Source: Octopus vulgaris
Lineage: Eukaryota
Reading direction: 5' to 3'
DNA length: 64,000 nucleotides
NCBI GenBank assembly: GCA_951406725.2
Contig: OX597818.1
Coordinates: 44,330,001-44,394,000 of the forward strand
Part shown: piece by piece, positions 39,695-53,691 of the stretch
How the letters are laid out: the number at the start of each line of letters is the position of its first letter
How positions within the stretch are numbered: position 1 is the first letter of the stretch
Made by a program: the position numbers and the translations under genes
Notes under the pieces: generated by a model
Told to the model about the DNA's origin: nothing
Databases searched by the model: none
What the model saw: the letters and a program-made list of their open reading frames with translations, nothing else

Positions 39695-41234
39695 CTGAAA
39701 ATAAAAAAGGTTATGGAGTTTGCGGTTGTGCAAAAAAAAAAAAAATATACGGAATTAAGAAATACTTTTCTTTTTTTTTTAAACTATGGTTCAATATGTG
39801 TGTTATGTGATATAGAAATTAGTCTAACTAGTGAGATTATTTTACACACTTACAGCAAATATTTCCTAAATATATATGATGGAGATCAATTGTTTAGATT
39901 ATAGAACACTAAAACCATTGAAATTTTTGCATTAATTCAAAATATTCTAATATTAATTTAAAATATTATAAAATATTTTGAACAAAAGTTAACCTTAATC
40001 ATAAAATTATGAGAAAATAAAAATACTCTAATTTGAAATAATAACGCTATGTAATACACTTAGACTCTAACACAGGTTAAATTAAGTTATTGAACAATAT
40101 TAAACTAATGGATCCAGAAACCCTTCCATTCTTTATATCAATGTCTCAAAAATATGAAAGGACAATTACATGCATTAGTCTCAGTGAGACATGTATCAAA
40201 ATCCTATTTACATATATATTTCATTAAAGGAAATTTTAACTGGATGATGGCTAAAGTGGATTCATTGAGAATTAGTTGAAACCAAGATTGCTGTTGAAGA
40301 TAGGAACTATATTTCATATAGAAATTGAAAACTGGAAAAAATCAGCATAGAAACTTCAGTTTCTAAAATTAAATTCTTAACTGAGGAAAAGAAAGTTCTT
40401 CTCCATTTGTATTACTAGAGAAAATATGCTCCACAAATTTCTTTTCTCCATATCTGCAACTATGTTTGATGGTGCTTCCCTAAGTCACTCAACAAGTGAT
40501 CAGTAATCAAGGGAAATTCTCTCACATTTAATTTAAAATTATTTATACTTAACTATTATTTGTTATAAAAAGATCCCTCCCTCAAGCTATAATGTCATTA
40601 GATAATTAAGAAATGTCTCAACAGAAACACCATCAATGCGGGTTAACCAAATTAATTGCTGTATCTACTTTGGTTCTTTCTATTTCATATATCAGATCTT
40701 GTGAAGACTTATTATAAAATAGCAAAATACATGTCATGCCTTTTCGGAAATATAAGTTTTCCCTTAAGAAAGATATCCCTATACAATATTCTTTTAATGA
40801 ATCTAGATTAAAAAGCAAACGCATTGAAGTATCCCCTGAATAACACAGGTGATACTGCAAATAATGGAAGAGTCAAATCAGAAATTTAGGCAATAATTTC
40901 CAAAAAGAATGGAAATTTACTTCAATAATAAAACAAGGAAATGCCTGGTTCTGAAATCTATTATGAAATCTCCATCCTCAAATTAAATTAATCTATAGAC
41001 TATCTACTTAACACACAATATTATTTGTGAATTGGTTAACTTAAAGAGTTATTTAAAGTATTAATTATACGACATAAATCAATGATTTTGAGCTTTTGTT
41101 ACAGTTAATTGGATTCTTTACTGAAGTTCATTTAATTTTAAAATATTTCCTTCCTTAGAATTAATTGTTAGAAAATACACAACAGATTTCTGAAGAAATA
41201 TGTTCAATAAATCTTTTAAATATCAATCATAATA

Positions 41235-41280
<46 letters not shown>

Positions 41281-42418
41281 GAGCAATAGCTTTAGAATTT
41301 TAATAAATATTGAACAATTTAATAATTAATACTATCAATATCATTTAATATTATTAAATTTTTTAAAATTATGTAACATTTTCTTTAAACATATAATAAT
41401 GAATTACTTCCATAAAAATTTATTAAATATTCAGAATTAGTAATTGTGCTGCTAACCGTGATAGTGAATATTGATCATTGCATATGTAAACATAAAACTG
41501 GTAAAGTTCTTCTTAGGCATTAGTTAATTTAGAAATGAGTTATAGAAATGATATCTATTTCCTTAGTTTTGTTAATGACTTATATAATTAGGCATTTTAG
41601 CTGAATAACATGATAAAGATCAAAAACCTTGGTCTGTAAGAACGTTCTACTAGTAAATTAGCTGTCAAAGCTTTATAAATGCTACCGCAGCCCTCTTTTG
41701 TTGCACAGCCCCTTTGTTTTGTTAACAAGGCCAAGGTGATATCAACACAAGAGATGCCATAACCAATTGATTCATAGCATTATTAATAAGGAACTTATTC
41801 CTCATTTGAATATCATTTCAACTTAGCTATGATTTTGATCAAAAGTTTTCAAAATATCAATATATATACATATATATACCTAGCTAGCAAGTTATATATG
41901 TATGCATATATATATACACACATTAATGATCTTGATTATTGGGGCCACCTTAAAACATTGAAACTATTCTCTTGAGTGCTACATCTTTCGCACAATGTGG
42001 AAAATGTGTTACCAGCATTGCTCAAATAACCTTAACAAGACTGGAACCCCAGCTATACGTCCCTACACAAATCAGGCTCAGAACACATAGTCACCTTGCA
42101 ACAAAGATACTTTTCCTCAACTAATCCTGCTCTATCTAATATTGACTCAAAACCAATCAAAGAAGATCCCATAACCTTCAAATGATATCCGGACAAGACA
42201 CCCATACCTGGGTGAACAACTCCCTTTTTGAATAGGTTCAGTGAACAACCCCCTTTTTAAATAGGCTGTGATACACAAAACATGACTTCAAATTACTTAT
42301 AGAGATTTTGTTTTAGATTTTTTCAGACGAGACTATTAGGTTGGACAAAACCAAAACCAATTTTTACTGAAATGTATCTAAGTTTATCTAAGTCTGGTTG
42401 AATAATTATGTAAATATA

Positions 42419-42758
42419 AGAATTTAGTAACATTAAGCTAATGATAAATCTCCTCAAATCACAAATAAAATATATAGAACATTTGAAGAAGTTTCATTGA
42501 GTACCAAGTGTATTGTTGCAATTGTCTAAGAATAATTTTATAATTAACAATACGATTTATAGAGATCAACATTAAGTCGTATTTGCTATTCTCATTAAAC
42601 TGTATTGTTAATTATGAAATTATTCCTAGACTATTGCTACATGTAAAATATACTCTCAGTACTCAGAGAAATTTCTTCAAACAATTCAATATATTTGTGA
42701 CTAGAAATATATCTCTTACAATATGAAATTTATTATTTGCTTAGTGTTACCAAATTCT
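42419..42758. repeat. Degenerate fold-back inverted repeat
   Basis: agaatttagtaacattaagctaatgataaat pairs with atttattatttgcttagtgttaccaaattct, and taattaacaatac pairs with gtattgttaatta. Confidence 0.75.
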
Positions 42759-42914
42759 AATGCATATATATATATATATAAGAGATAATGGTGTCATTGA
42801 GACCCAATGGTGTCAGGTAATGCTGAATAAGTGCTATAGGCAGACCATAGTTAAGTTCCAGATTCGGTAATTTTGTGAATAAGGGGTTCAACATGGGTTC
42901 TATGTCAGCGTGAG

Positions 42915-43058
42915 TATATAAGAATTTTTGCGTAATGAGTTAAAAAACCAAGGGTGTGTAGATATTAGAACATTTACAGATGTATATTAGATCTATAAAT
43001 GTTCTAATATCTACACAGACTTGGTCTTTTTTAATCTCACTATGCAAATTCTTATATA
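42915..43058. repeat. Fold-back inverted repeat bounded by TA runs
   Basis: tgtgtagatattagaacattta pairs with taaatgttctaatatctacaca, extending to both ends. Confidence 0.85.
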
Positions 43059-43300
43059 TATATAGAACAACTTCAATTTAAATATGTATAAAAATATAGT
43101 TAAATTGAGGTTGTTGAAAAATATTTTGAAAGCTCATTTAAGAATAACACTTACCGAAAGGTGACTCAATACTTCAATACTAAGTGTAGAGTCAAATTTA
43201 TTATAAATTTTGAATTGATGGGTATTTTGCCTATCTGCTTATTCAACTGGTCTGGTTGAATAACCCAATAAGTAAATCTACAAATCTCTATCAACACAAA

Positions 43301-43349
<49 letters not shown>

Positions 43350-45229
43350 TATTTATATATATATATATACAATTAGAAACAGAAGATTTGTTAGAGTTGT
43401 AAGTCTAGCTTTCACATTTCTAACTGTTCAAATTTTTGTTGATCAATTGGAAACATGAAATTTAGCAATACAGTTCAAGAAGTTTCTTTTTCTAATAAAA
43501 TATTACACACTTGTCCTTATGTATTGAGCACTGTGAATAGAAATATTCACCAAATCATTTATCTTATTGAAAGAGAACACAAATCATAAATGAATGTTCT
43601 ATAAAGAAAGAAACCTGTGAATTGTTTATATATTGTCTCTGGTACAATATAGCCTGTAGGGAACACACCCTTTCATTAATTTCTATAATAACTAAAAGAG
43701 AGTATTGAGTTCCTTTTAATCTATTTTGACAACCTATCCTCAAACCATGTCAAATAGTGTTTAAATTTAAAAAGTAAAATAACGTTTGAAGATAATATAG
43801 ACCCCATAAATGAGTTTTAAAATACCAAACAGCCTCACTTGTACATACCAGATTTTTTATTCAGCTCGGTGGCTATTTGCAACATTAGTGAATGTTTTAT
43901 TCACTATTTCTTATATCAGAGATGATGAACTCTCGTTCAGATATGTGGCTGGTTGAGTACACATCAATGAAGTGGCCAGAAAAGGCTGAAATGCACCTTA
44001 TGTTCTCACTGGCTGCTGCTGGATTGATTTTTCATCTATTACTTTTGACATAGTATGTCCATTAGAGATGCTATCTCAGGACAAATACCAGAGTAACTAG
44101 TCTATTAATAGTAGTTACACATTAAGTATGATACATAGATGGCTATTTTACACCTCATTTTGTTACTTAAAAAGCTCAGGAGCTTTATAACATTAACTAA
44201 ATGACTTCAGAGAAACTTTACCAAAAAATTAGTATAGAGAAAAATACACTTTGATTGTACTTTCTCTTATTCTTAAGACTACACTTGATAAAGCAAATGT
44301 TAGCCAACAAATTTTGAATTTTAGTCATTTTGACTGAAACTTAGCTACTACTTTCAATGTCTTAGAAATAGAAAGCAAACAATTCTTTCTTTTATAAATA
44401 ATCAACATTGAAATAATTAAGCCTATAACTTCTACATAAAATTTTTCAAATGCTTTCTGTTAGTTGAACAATGGAAGTAAAAATGTTTACTCATTAGTAG
44501 CAAGTGATTGTGCATTGCTTAAATCCAAACTAAGTTCCTTAAACAAATAACTTCCAATGTAAACCCTGCATGCAATGATATATTAATAACCTTAGCAGTA
44601 ATGAATTGGGCCCAGAATTTTTAACAAGCGTTTTGTGTAGCTGATAGTGCTCGAAGAAATGTGACAGAAAGGTAAAAGTTTTAAGAGTAATATAATTTAG
44701 TAGTTTTGAAAACCAGAGAAATCTTTTTATTATATATAAATAAAAAATAAAAAGCAAATAGTAAATCTACCCTCTGTTCCAAGAATGTACCAAAGAGAAA
44801 TAATTGGAAGCAAAATGGATATGGAGAAGAGGAATAAATTGAAATGAAATTTTTAAAAAGAAAAAAAAATGTTAAAAATCCCTGAAGCAACATAAAAATT
44901 CTTCCCTAAAAGGAAGAAATTTTTCTTACTCAGCTTTTTCACTATGTTCAGTTGGCAATTCATCTGTGATGACCCTCTCATCTGTTCATCGATACTCTAG
45001 TCAGAATTATATTTCTTTTAAAGTAATTTATAATTAGAAGATTTGGGTGTTATTGTTAACAACTGAAACAACGATGTAGAGAGACTTATTTATTGGTTCA
45101 TAAAGATTTCCGTTACTTTGTGAAGACTGTTTGTTAATCTTTGTTTTGGTTATTTTTTTCCCTCCAGGGATTAAACCACAAAGGTTGGGAATGTAAGGGC
45201 TGGTTTGATTGAAATGTATTTTCACTTAC

Positions 45230-45350
45230 AAGAAACTGACAAATAAATGCAGATATTAGTTAATTGGCACCCCAACAATTTAAAACAAAATCCACAGCAT
45301 AACCCCAGTATCCAAGACAAGCTAGAATAAACACTGAGCAACCATAAGCT
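45230..45350 (-). other. Candidate 121-nt exon
   Basis: Acceptor tctttctctgtag and donor gtaagtg. One open frame: SLWLLSVYSSLSWILGLCCGFCFKLLGCQLTNICIYLSVS. Confidence 0.25.
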
Positions 45351-47740
45351 CTACAGAGAAAGATATATTTGCTTCCTTCATGAATAATAGGTTTTAAGTT
45401 GTCATTTGCAGTGAAAAGTATAGTATCAAACAATTGCCAAATTTTTCGGAAAAATAAGAGCAAAGAAACTTTTATGGCCAATATCTAAAACTGACTTAGC
45501 ACTCTGGACCAAACAATGTTAAAGACTGAAACATATTTATTTTCTTAAGATAATTACTGTTAATTGTTGTGCCTTAAGTTTCTTCGATATGAAACTTAGA
45601 ACATGTTTGTGTGAGAGGACATGAAGTAGTGGCATTCCTTCTTACATAATATTTTTATTAATCTTAGATCATGGAAAGAGTGGAATTCTTAACTTAGGAA
45701 TGGTGAGCGAATATTTTAGCTTCTCTTTCACAAGGCCTTTATTTATAGTTAGAGAATTCACTTAAGGCCTTTGTCATGTAGAGTTGCTGAATCAGCAGTT
45801 TTAAGTTCTTCCTATTTACTCTATTTGTAAAAGAAGAAAAAAATTTAAATAAAATTTTCCTTCCTTAAGAGTTATCAGAATATTATTAGTTTTCTTCAGA
45901 ATATAGAAAATGTCAGAAAAAGTTATGTAGCCAATGAGCTTCTTGATAAGATGTACTCTTCTGCAAAATGTTCAGATAGCTAGGGATACAACCTTCAACA
46001 TATTTACATTCACATTTATATATCACAAATATATATAGAGCTGCATGGCTAAATAGTTTGCTTTGCAGCAATGTAACTCCAAATTTGATTCCACTGTGTA
46101 GCACTCTGGGCAATTGTTTCCTACTATTGCCCCCGGTTCTCTAATATCTTGTAAGAGGAATTTGGTAGATGTAGCCAGAGCATTGAATATACATTTACAT
46201 ATATTTATATATGTATTAATACATCTTTTAAGAATATTTCATTAAGATCCTTTAATCTATTTCCAACAAATAATTTTTCATAAAAGTCTTAGCATCTTAC
46301 AACGAAGCACTTAACAATAATGGATATAAAAAAAGCTAAATACACATTTGACTCAATACCAAAATCTAAAGACAAAAAAGAAACAGAAATAAAAAGATTA
46401 CTGGGGCTCATTCTGCTTTTTAATCGACAGTCTTCTACACCAGTCACAACACTATTTATCAGAATTCAGCAAAAACAGTTCTTTCCTTATTTAAGTGACA
46501 GGATGGTAAACAAACACAATGTAGATATATCGTATTTGACAACCAACAAGTTAAAAAAGACTTTAGCCATTTATAACCATTTGAAATTATTTTAAACTGG
46601 TAACCAAAATCAAACACCAAGCTCAAGTAAGTGCGATTGTAATATTCATCTTGTCCTACAAACAGAAAATGTTTTGCTAGAAACTGAATCTATAGTAAAT
46701 TCCAATATTACAACATTCACTTAAGTCTAGTATATAAATTTATACTGTTAATTTACACGCACAGATGTAATGTAATGTATGTATGTATGTATGTATGTAT
46801 GTGTTTATAGTAGATTAAAAAAGATGTTTATGTTGTCTCTAGCAACTTTAACTACTGTAAAATATTGGTTTGAAAAACAGTGTTCCATAAAATGAATGCT
46901 ACACTAAAAATTAGTACTGGGTCAACACTAACAACTGTAGTGATATGCCAGCAAAGCCACAGTCCAATAAGTGAAAACAGCAAAAGTGTGCTTGTGCATT
47001 ATGCATTAGACCATATTAGTGTGACGCTCACAGCACAACTCCAATGTCTTTGAACCATTAGATACACTGGGGAGAAGCGATATATATGAGTGATTGGATA
47101 TTGCTAATATGTTAGTTTTGATAGTTGAACAATTTAGTCTTTGATGAAATGGTGGGGAACATTAGTAATTGAAACACCATGGTAAACATTAAAGCTTTTG
47201 ATGTTGCAAGTCAGACAATGATATTAATTCTATTCACCTCCAATGTCTGAGATCAGTGACTAATTAGTTATAAAGGTGGCAAAGAAAATCAACAAGCTTT
47301 TTCTAGATTGTTCTCTAAACTACAACATATGATGACAGAAATACAAAGTGAAAGTACAATTTCTTTTAATGAATGCTTAATGGATGTTTTTTTGGTTCTA
47401 ACACGGAATGTTCCAACTGATCAGGTTACCAGAATGGCTTGAATTAACACGCAAGTGGCTGAGTAATCCACAAGCACACGTGCTCATAACATATTTCTCA
47501 AGGAGAATCAGCATAACTGTGTGCGGCAAGGCTAACCCTCTGAAATATAGGCACTGTCCATTTGATAAGCTTCTAACTTAGTTTCTGTCAACTCAATTTC
47601 ACTCACAAGGCTTGGATAGATTGAAGGCTAAAATTTAGACACATGCCCAAGTTGTTGCATAGAGGGGTCAAACCAGAGATTACCTGATTATTAAGTAAGC
47701 ACTTCTAAGGCTTTTGCTATCACTAAAGTTAAATGATGAT

Positions 47741-47794
47741 CTTCTTAGATATTTTTGTAATATAGACTTCTTAGATATTTTTGTAATATAGACT
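47741..47794. repeat. Perfect 26-bp tandem duplication
   Basis: cttcttagatatttttgtaatataga twice. Confidence 0.9.
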
Positions 47795-48381
47795 GTCTCC
47801 CAAGCCATACGCCTTACATGTAGCTCTTTTACATTATGTATGACAACTGTGAATACATAATAGTTTTTATAAAATATAAACATTAAAAAATAATAAAAAC
47901 TAAAAGAAAACTAAATATAGGAATATTATTTTGATTATATGAAGTAACTCGTTAGTTTTTCTCTTCAGACAATCTAGTGGAGAATAGATTAATTATCAAT
48001 GTCTATCTGTCAAGCAGTTACAGAAGCTTTCAATTTTCTAATGGTGTTTAAATTATATTTGCTGAAATGAGAATTGGGATTGGTTTATTATTTACTTTAG
48101 AGTAAGAATGAAATAAAATAAAAAATAAATAGAACTGGTTAGAATATGTATATATGAAATTAATGGTATTTATGATGGTAAAAAGGGAGAAAATGGAAAC
48201 ATTAATTGGCAAGGTGTATCTTAATTCATAACTACACATGCACACACACATATATATTAACGTATATGCATACATGCATACACATGTATGGATATTTGTG
48301 TATACATGTAAATATATAAATATACAAATATATATAAATGTATATTTTATATATATATATATATACAAATATATATAAATG

Positions 48382-48423
<42 letters not shown>

Positions 48424-48501
48424 TTTGAAGTGATATACAGATATTGTATGTTGAGAATAATAAGGTAGTCAGAATGTCGGATGATTATATATACTTTTAT
48501 G

Positions 48502-48687
48502 TACATTTTTAGTGCTTTCTTCTGTAATCGAATTTATCAAAAAAATGGTTTATAGTAAGTTTGCTTTGCCATTTTATATAAAATTGAAAAATAATCAGTT
48601 TCAATTTTATATAAAAAGGTGAAGCAAACTTACTATAAACCACTTTTTTGATAAATCCGATAATGGAAGAAAGCACTAAAAAATGTA
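48502..48687. repeat. Fold-back inverted repeat (~88-bp arms, 9-nt loop) nested in an outer inverted pair 48452-48490 / 48988-49026
   Basis: Direct reverse-complement matching. Confidence 0.85.
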
Positions 48688-48715
48688 TATATATATATAA
48701 TGTATATATAAATGT

Positions 48716-48770
<55 letters not shown>

Positions 48771-48774
48771 GTAA

Positions 48775-48807
<33 letters not shown>

Positions 48808-49034
48808 GATATAAGTTCAGTAAAAATTTAGATTCAGATGAATATAGTTCTTAAGTTAAAGGCACCAGAATTTGGTATGGTATTATCCATATAAATCAAA
48901 TGGGGTGATTATAATCAAAATAAGCAGTAGCATGAATTGTATTGCACAACCTTTGGATATCCTTGTTGCTTATTTTGATATATATATATACAATCAGCCA
49001 ACATTCTGACTACCTTATTATTCTTGATATATAT

Positions 49035-49220
49035 GCCATGACTGATTGCTAAATCCACAAGTTTTTTAATTCTCTCTCTGTTTATTCCCTCATGTTCCTT
49101 TCTGAAGAGTGTAGACTTGAAATGTAAAAGGCTTTCTTACTTTCCTGAGTATCAAACTAATACACCTGCTTGTTCATACACCTGCTTTTGTCTTTTGTTT
49201 TTCTGTAAATTTCAACTATA
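49035..49220 (+). mobile_element. Penelope-like terminal repeat, same family as 27895-28092
   Basis: cuuu CUGAA GAGU guag ACUU GAAAU GUA aaag, followed by shared ttcctgag..aaactaatacacctg. Confidence 0.55.
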
Positions 49221-49224
49221 TATA

Positions 49225-49806
49225 TACTTATAAATTAGTGTATATTTTTATACACAAAAGAGGTGACCATAACAGGGCACCTTACATGCTGGAAAGGGCA
49301 GTTAAAGCACAAACCATGAATAAGAGTAATTTCAAAGGTAGTGAAAAATAAAAACATTTCAATAGTTACCCTTATACTTGAGTTTCAACATCAATGTGCA
49401 AATAAAATAATTTGCCATCTGTGCTTCTTCAGTAAGGGGGCTAAAATTAGTGTATATTTATGCAACACTGAAGACACACGTGTTCCATCCATATACATTA
49501 TAATTTTTCAAATCCACCACACAAGCGCAGCTACAATTGGCAGCAAATAATAAGAATTAATATTGCGTACCAAAGTTCTTCAAAATTACAAAAATTTTAC
49601 TATGAAAATAATAAGGGTAGAAAATTTAGAGAAATATTCTATAGGTGGCCAACTGCCCTTTCCAGCATGTAAGGTGTCCTGTTAAGGTCACCTTTTTTGT
49701 GAATAGATGCATACACTAATTTATATGAAAAATATGTTGACTTTATTATGCATACTGGCCACTGGTAGAATATTTCTCTAAATTTTCTACCCTTGGTATT
49801 TTCATA

Positions 49807-49810
<4 letters not shown>
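49225..49810. mobile_element. Composite Penelope-like end with two interleaved inverted pairs
   Basis: About 49225-49303 pairs with about 49651-49725, and 49599-49642 pairs with about 49766-49809. Homologous to 54335-54579 and weakly to 27020-27160. Confidence 0.7.
49369..49438 (-). ncRNA. Type I hammerhead motif, intact core, long helix II
   Basis: CCCUUA CUGAAGA AGCACAGAUG GCAAAU uauuuu AUUUGC ACAUUGAUGUU GAAAC UCAA GUA UAAGGG; 6-bp helix I. Confidence 0.8.
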
Positions 49811-49842
<32 letters not shown>

Positions 49843-50402
49843 TTATGTATTTATATGTATATAATTACACACTCATGTAAATTCTTGATTCAAAACTTGT
49901 GGAGGTAACTATAAGGCAAAGAGTAATATTTTTGTAGATTTTATAAGCCTTTTCACATGAACACACACAAAACTACTTATACTATATACATAAGAAAACA
50001 TGCACGTGCACTCATTCTATCTACAGATACCACAAACTCTCCATACACACACATACACATATGCATATATTGTTGTACATTGGAATGACCCTTTTTTCTA
50101 ATAACCATACATGCAGTGGTTGTATTTGACATCTTTTTATTAATATCAATCAACGACTTAACTAACTCACTAATCAAGCATTTGGTCACATACACCCAAT
50201 CCAAACACTATAAATGACAAATAGTACAAAGTAATAAATAGGACAGAGACATCATTTCATGATAGGAGAAGATGAGGACACAACATTGATAATTTCACAG
50301 AGTGTGATGAAAGAATTCCGATGAACCAACTGAATTATTGGACAAACAATTCATTCAGTAATTGGTTAAGTAAATTACTGATGACAACAACAATAATAAT
50401 AT

Positions 50403-50602
50403 TGGTTTCAAATTTTGGCACAAGGCCAGCACTTTTGGGGTGGGGTGGCAAGGCGATTACATTAACCCCTAGTGCTCATCTGGAACTTGTTTTATAAACA
50501 ATGAAAGGGTGTAAGGCAAAGTTGATTTTGGTGGAAATGAACTCAGAATGTAAATACAGACAAAGTTGCAGGGTGGTTATGATTCTGCCAGCTTGCTTCC
50601 TT
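50403..50602 (-). mobile_element. Nin-domain-like SINE
   Basis: Homologous to 50902-51115 and 56318-56538. Confidence 0.7.
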
Positions 50603-50664
50603 AACAGCAATAATAATATTGGTTTCAAATTGTGACACAAGGCATTATTATTATTTTTTTTTGA

Positions 50665-50806
50665 TGGAATAAACTGCCTGCATCAGTTGTTGACTGCCAT
50701 GACACTGCATCCTTTAAGGCCCTCATGCTTTCCGAAATCCGCCAAAACTACACCTGATTATATATACACTTTAGATGAGTTGTAGTGCACCTGAGCACTG
50801 TACACA

Positions 50807-50846
<40 letters not shown>
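50665..50846 (+). mobile_element. 3' end of CR1-type LINE with (TTA)n tail
   Basis: WNKLPASVVDCHDTASFKALMLSEIRQNYT*; terminal gtgcacctgagcactgtacacaat is shared with 1-269. Confidence 0.75.
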
Positions 50847-50849
<3 letters not shown>

Positions 50850-50901
50850 GTTCTAATGATTCAGTCAGATCACAACCTTGATGATGAAGATGATGATAAT
50901 A

Positions 50902-51115
50902 ACCCTTCTACTATAGGTACTAAGTCTGAAATTTTGGTGGCGGGAGTTATTTGATTAGGTCAACTCCAGTACTTGACTGATACTTATTTTATCGACTCTG
51001 AAAAGATGAAAGGCAAAGTTGACCTTGGTGGAATTTGAACTCAGAACGCAAAGACAAATGAAATACTGCTAAGCATTTTGCCTGGCATGCTAATGGTTCT
51101 GTCAGCTCACCACCT
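50902..51115 (-). mobile_element. Nin-domain-like SINE
   Basis: Minus strand has GAGTTCAAATTCC (B-box-like), then gtcaactttgcctttcatcttttcagagtcgataaaataagtatcag. Confidence 0.75.
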
Positions 51116-51429
51116 TAATGATGATGATGATAATAATATTAAGTAAAATACAACCAGTGCATGTTTTATTCGTGGGAAAAAATGAGCCACCCAAACTAAA
51201 GCATTTGTTTCAACATACAATTTCACATCAAGAGTCTTGCAAAACAAACACAAACCTATATGTGTGGATGTATACATACATATATATATATATATATATA
51301 ATATTTATCATTCATTTAAAAATTTTTGAAAAAAAAAAAAAATTATAATTATATATATTACTTGTTATTTATGTATTGGTTTATGTCTATCACTATTTGA
51401 GCTGCATAATAGTGGTTTTATCTCTAATT

Positions 51430-51472
<43 letters not shown>

Positions 51473-51509
51473 CATACACACACACATATATATGCATGTT
51501 TATTATAAG

Positions 51510-51545
<36 letters not shown>

Positions 51546-51546
<1 letters not shown>

Positions 51547-51672
51547 CATCATCATCATCATCATCATCATTTAGCATCCGTTTTCCATGCTAGCATGGGT
51601 TGGACGGTTCAACTGGGGTCTGTGAAGCCAGAAGGCTTCATCAGGCCCAGTCTGATCTGGCAGTGTTTCTAC
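51546..51672 (-). mobile_element. RTE-type 3'UTR fragment with (GAT)n tail
   Basis: Homologous to 26602-26730 and the 6520 end. Confidence 0.75.
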
Positions 51673-52429
51673 AAAAACACATATACGTGAATATATATAT
51701 ATATGTACAGAACGTATATATATGTGTATGTACATATATATATAATGCGTAAATATATAGGTATCTGTGTATGTATGCTCACACTTTACTGAATAAAGTG
51801 ATGAATAAGTATAACTATCCACGTAAGGAACATATGGAAATATATTGATTAGAATTCAAGTGAAATGATGAGAGTATAGGTGTTTTTAACACCAGGTCAT
51901 ATCTGATTGAGTAGATCAATGGTTAAATATGTTCCAGCTATGATCATCCAATAATATTTCAGACAGTGCATATCTAGAATTATCTCACATTTACTTCCAT
52001 TTATTTTAGATATAAGAGCATGAACAGAGGGAAAAATTTGGAAGATATCTGGCAGATCAGGTAACTGCATAAAGATGCCCCCATAGCTGTAACTGAATAA
52101 GTGTCTGTTGTAATGTAGGAAATGAAGCAAAGATTAATGTTTTGGCTAATGAACTTTGTTGGAGGGGAACACAAATATTTCTGCACTCTTCTGATGAAGG
52201 GATTTGCCTGAAACATTATCAATATAACAACAAGCACATCTTCAGCTGAATAATAATCAGATCCTTCGTCACAGAGGTTATCAAGAATATAGAAATTCTA
52301 CTGATTATTTCTTTACTCACTCATGCTTACACATACACAAGTACACAGACAAATATATATATACATTTATACATATATTTAAATACACACACACCTACCT
52401 ACATATATATGTAGACATACACACACGTT

Positions 52430-52467
<38 letters not shown>

Positions 52468-53315
52468 TAGATAGATAAACATACATACATTAAGGCTTAT
52501 GTAATATAATACACACTGATATGTGAGTGTAAAAGCTAATACAATTTAAGCATAAAATAAGACAACCTTCAGTGGGAGGTAAACCATGCATGTCTCACTA
52601 GAATCTAAAACATGATACTCTTTGATCTAAGTTTATTTGTGTAAATGAAACTAAATGCACACACACACATGTATTTGCATATATGCTTGTGAGTGTGTGT
52701 ACCATCCAGATATTTATTTTTGTAAGTTATCAAAGACTAATGCAGGCTGATGACCTCAACATTTGTAGATCCTTCAGCTATGATGGGATTAAGGTGGTTA
52801 AGTGTTTAGCTTGACTATTTTCTATTCAATGTTTGTAGCAAAAGCGTTAGCAGAATAAGAATTTCAGCTGGTTGCATTTCTGGGCAGGATGGATTTGATG
52901 AAGTGCTTTACACAGAGTTTGAGAGATGACATACAATATAAATGAAAGAAAGAGGAAAAATTTGAACATCGGGTATAACTCTAAGAGAGAAGGTCTTGCA
53001 GATAGTTCAGAAAGGAGTAGAGGTTGTTGTAGTTCAAGGGAAAAACGAAAGAGAATAGTGACTGCCTCTGTGAGCCTGTTCCCTGACTGAAACAGTACCA
53101 ATCAGTAAAATGGCATTTCAAAGTAGTCCAGGACACCTGGGTTTGCCATAATAGTATTGCGTCATACATGCAAGTAGTAATGTATATACATAAACACACA
53201 TATATATGTGTACATAAATATGCATTTATATATATATACACACACATATATATATATATATATTATATATCAATAAAATATAAGAAAAAATACAAAGCGT
53301 ATAATTTTTCTATAT

Positions 53316-53426
53316 ACATTATTAAGGGATATTACTACAAGTAAACTCACACACTGTAAAAGGGACACTAAAGTTGAGTGTCCCTTTACAGTGTGTGGCT
53401 TTACTTATAGTAATAGGCCTTAATAA

Positions 53427-53429
<3 letters not shown>
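53316..53429. repeat. Fold-back inverted repeat (7-nt loop) abutting (TA)n
   Basis: cacacactgtaaaagggacact AAAGTTG agtgtccctttacagtgtgtg. Confidence 0.85.
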
Positions 53430-53469
<40 letters not shown>

Positions 53470-53647
53470 AAATTGCTCTTTCTATGGATGTCTTACATCC
53501 AAGTATCCATCAGTTTATCTCTATATTGATTAATTTATATATATACATATATATATATGTGTGTGTGTGTACATGAGTATGCATACATAGATACACACAT
53601 AAATATATATGCATACATACATATATATCCACAGACATATATATCAG

Positions 53648-53691
<44 letters not shown>

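Noticed and set aside
45168-45192. Possible plus-strand 25-nt micro-exon (ttttccctccag ... gtaagg)
   Set aside because: No other plus-strand exon support; such signals occur by chance in 64 kb.
52191-52220. CUGAUGA-AGG..CCU-GAAAC hammerhead-like core
   Set aside because: No helix I or convincing helix III. It may be a decayed copy but was not counted.
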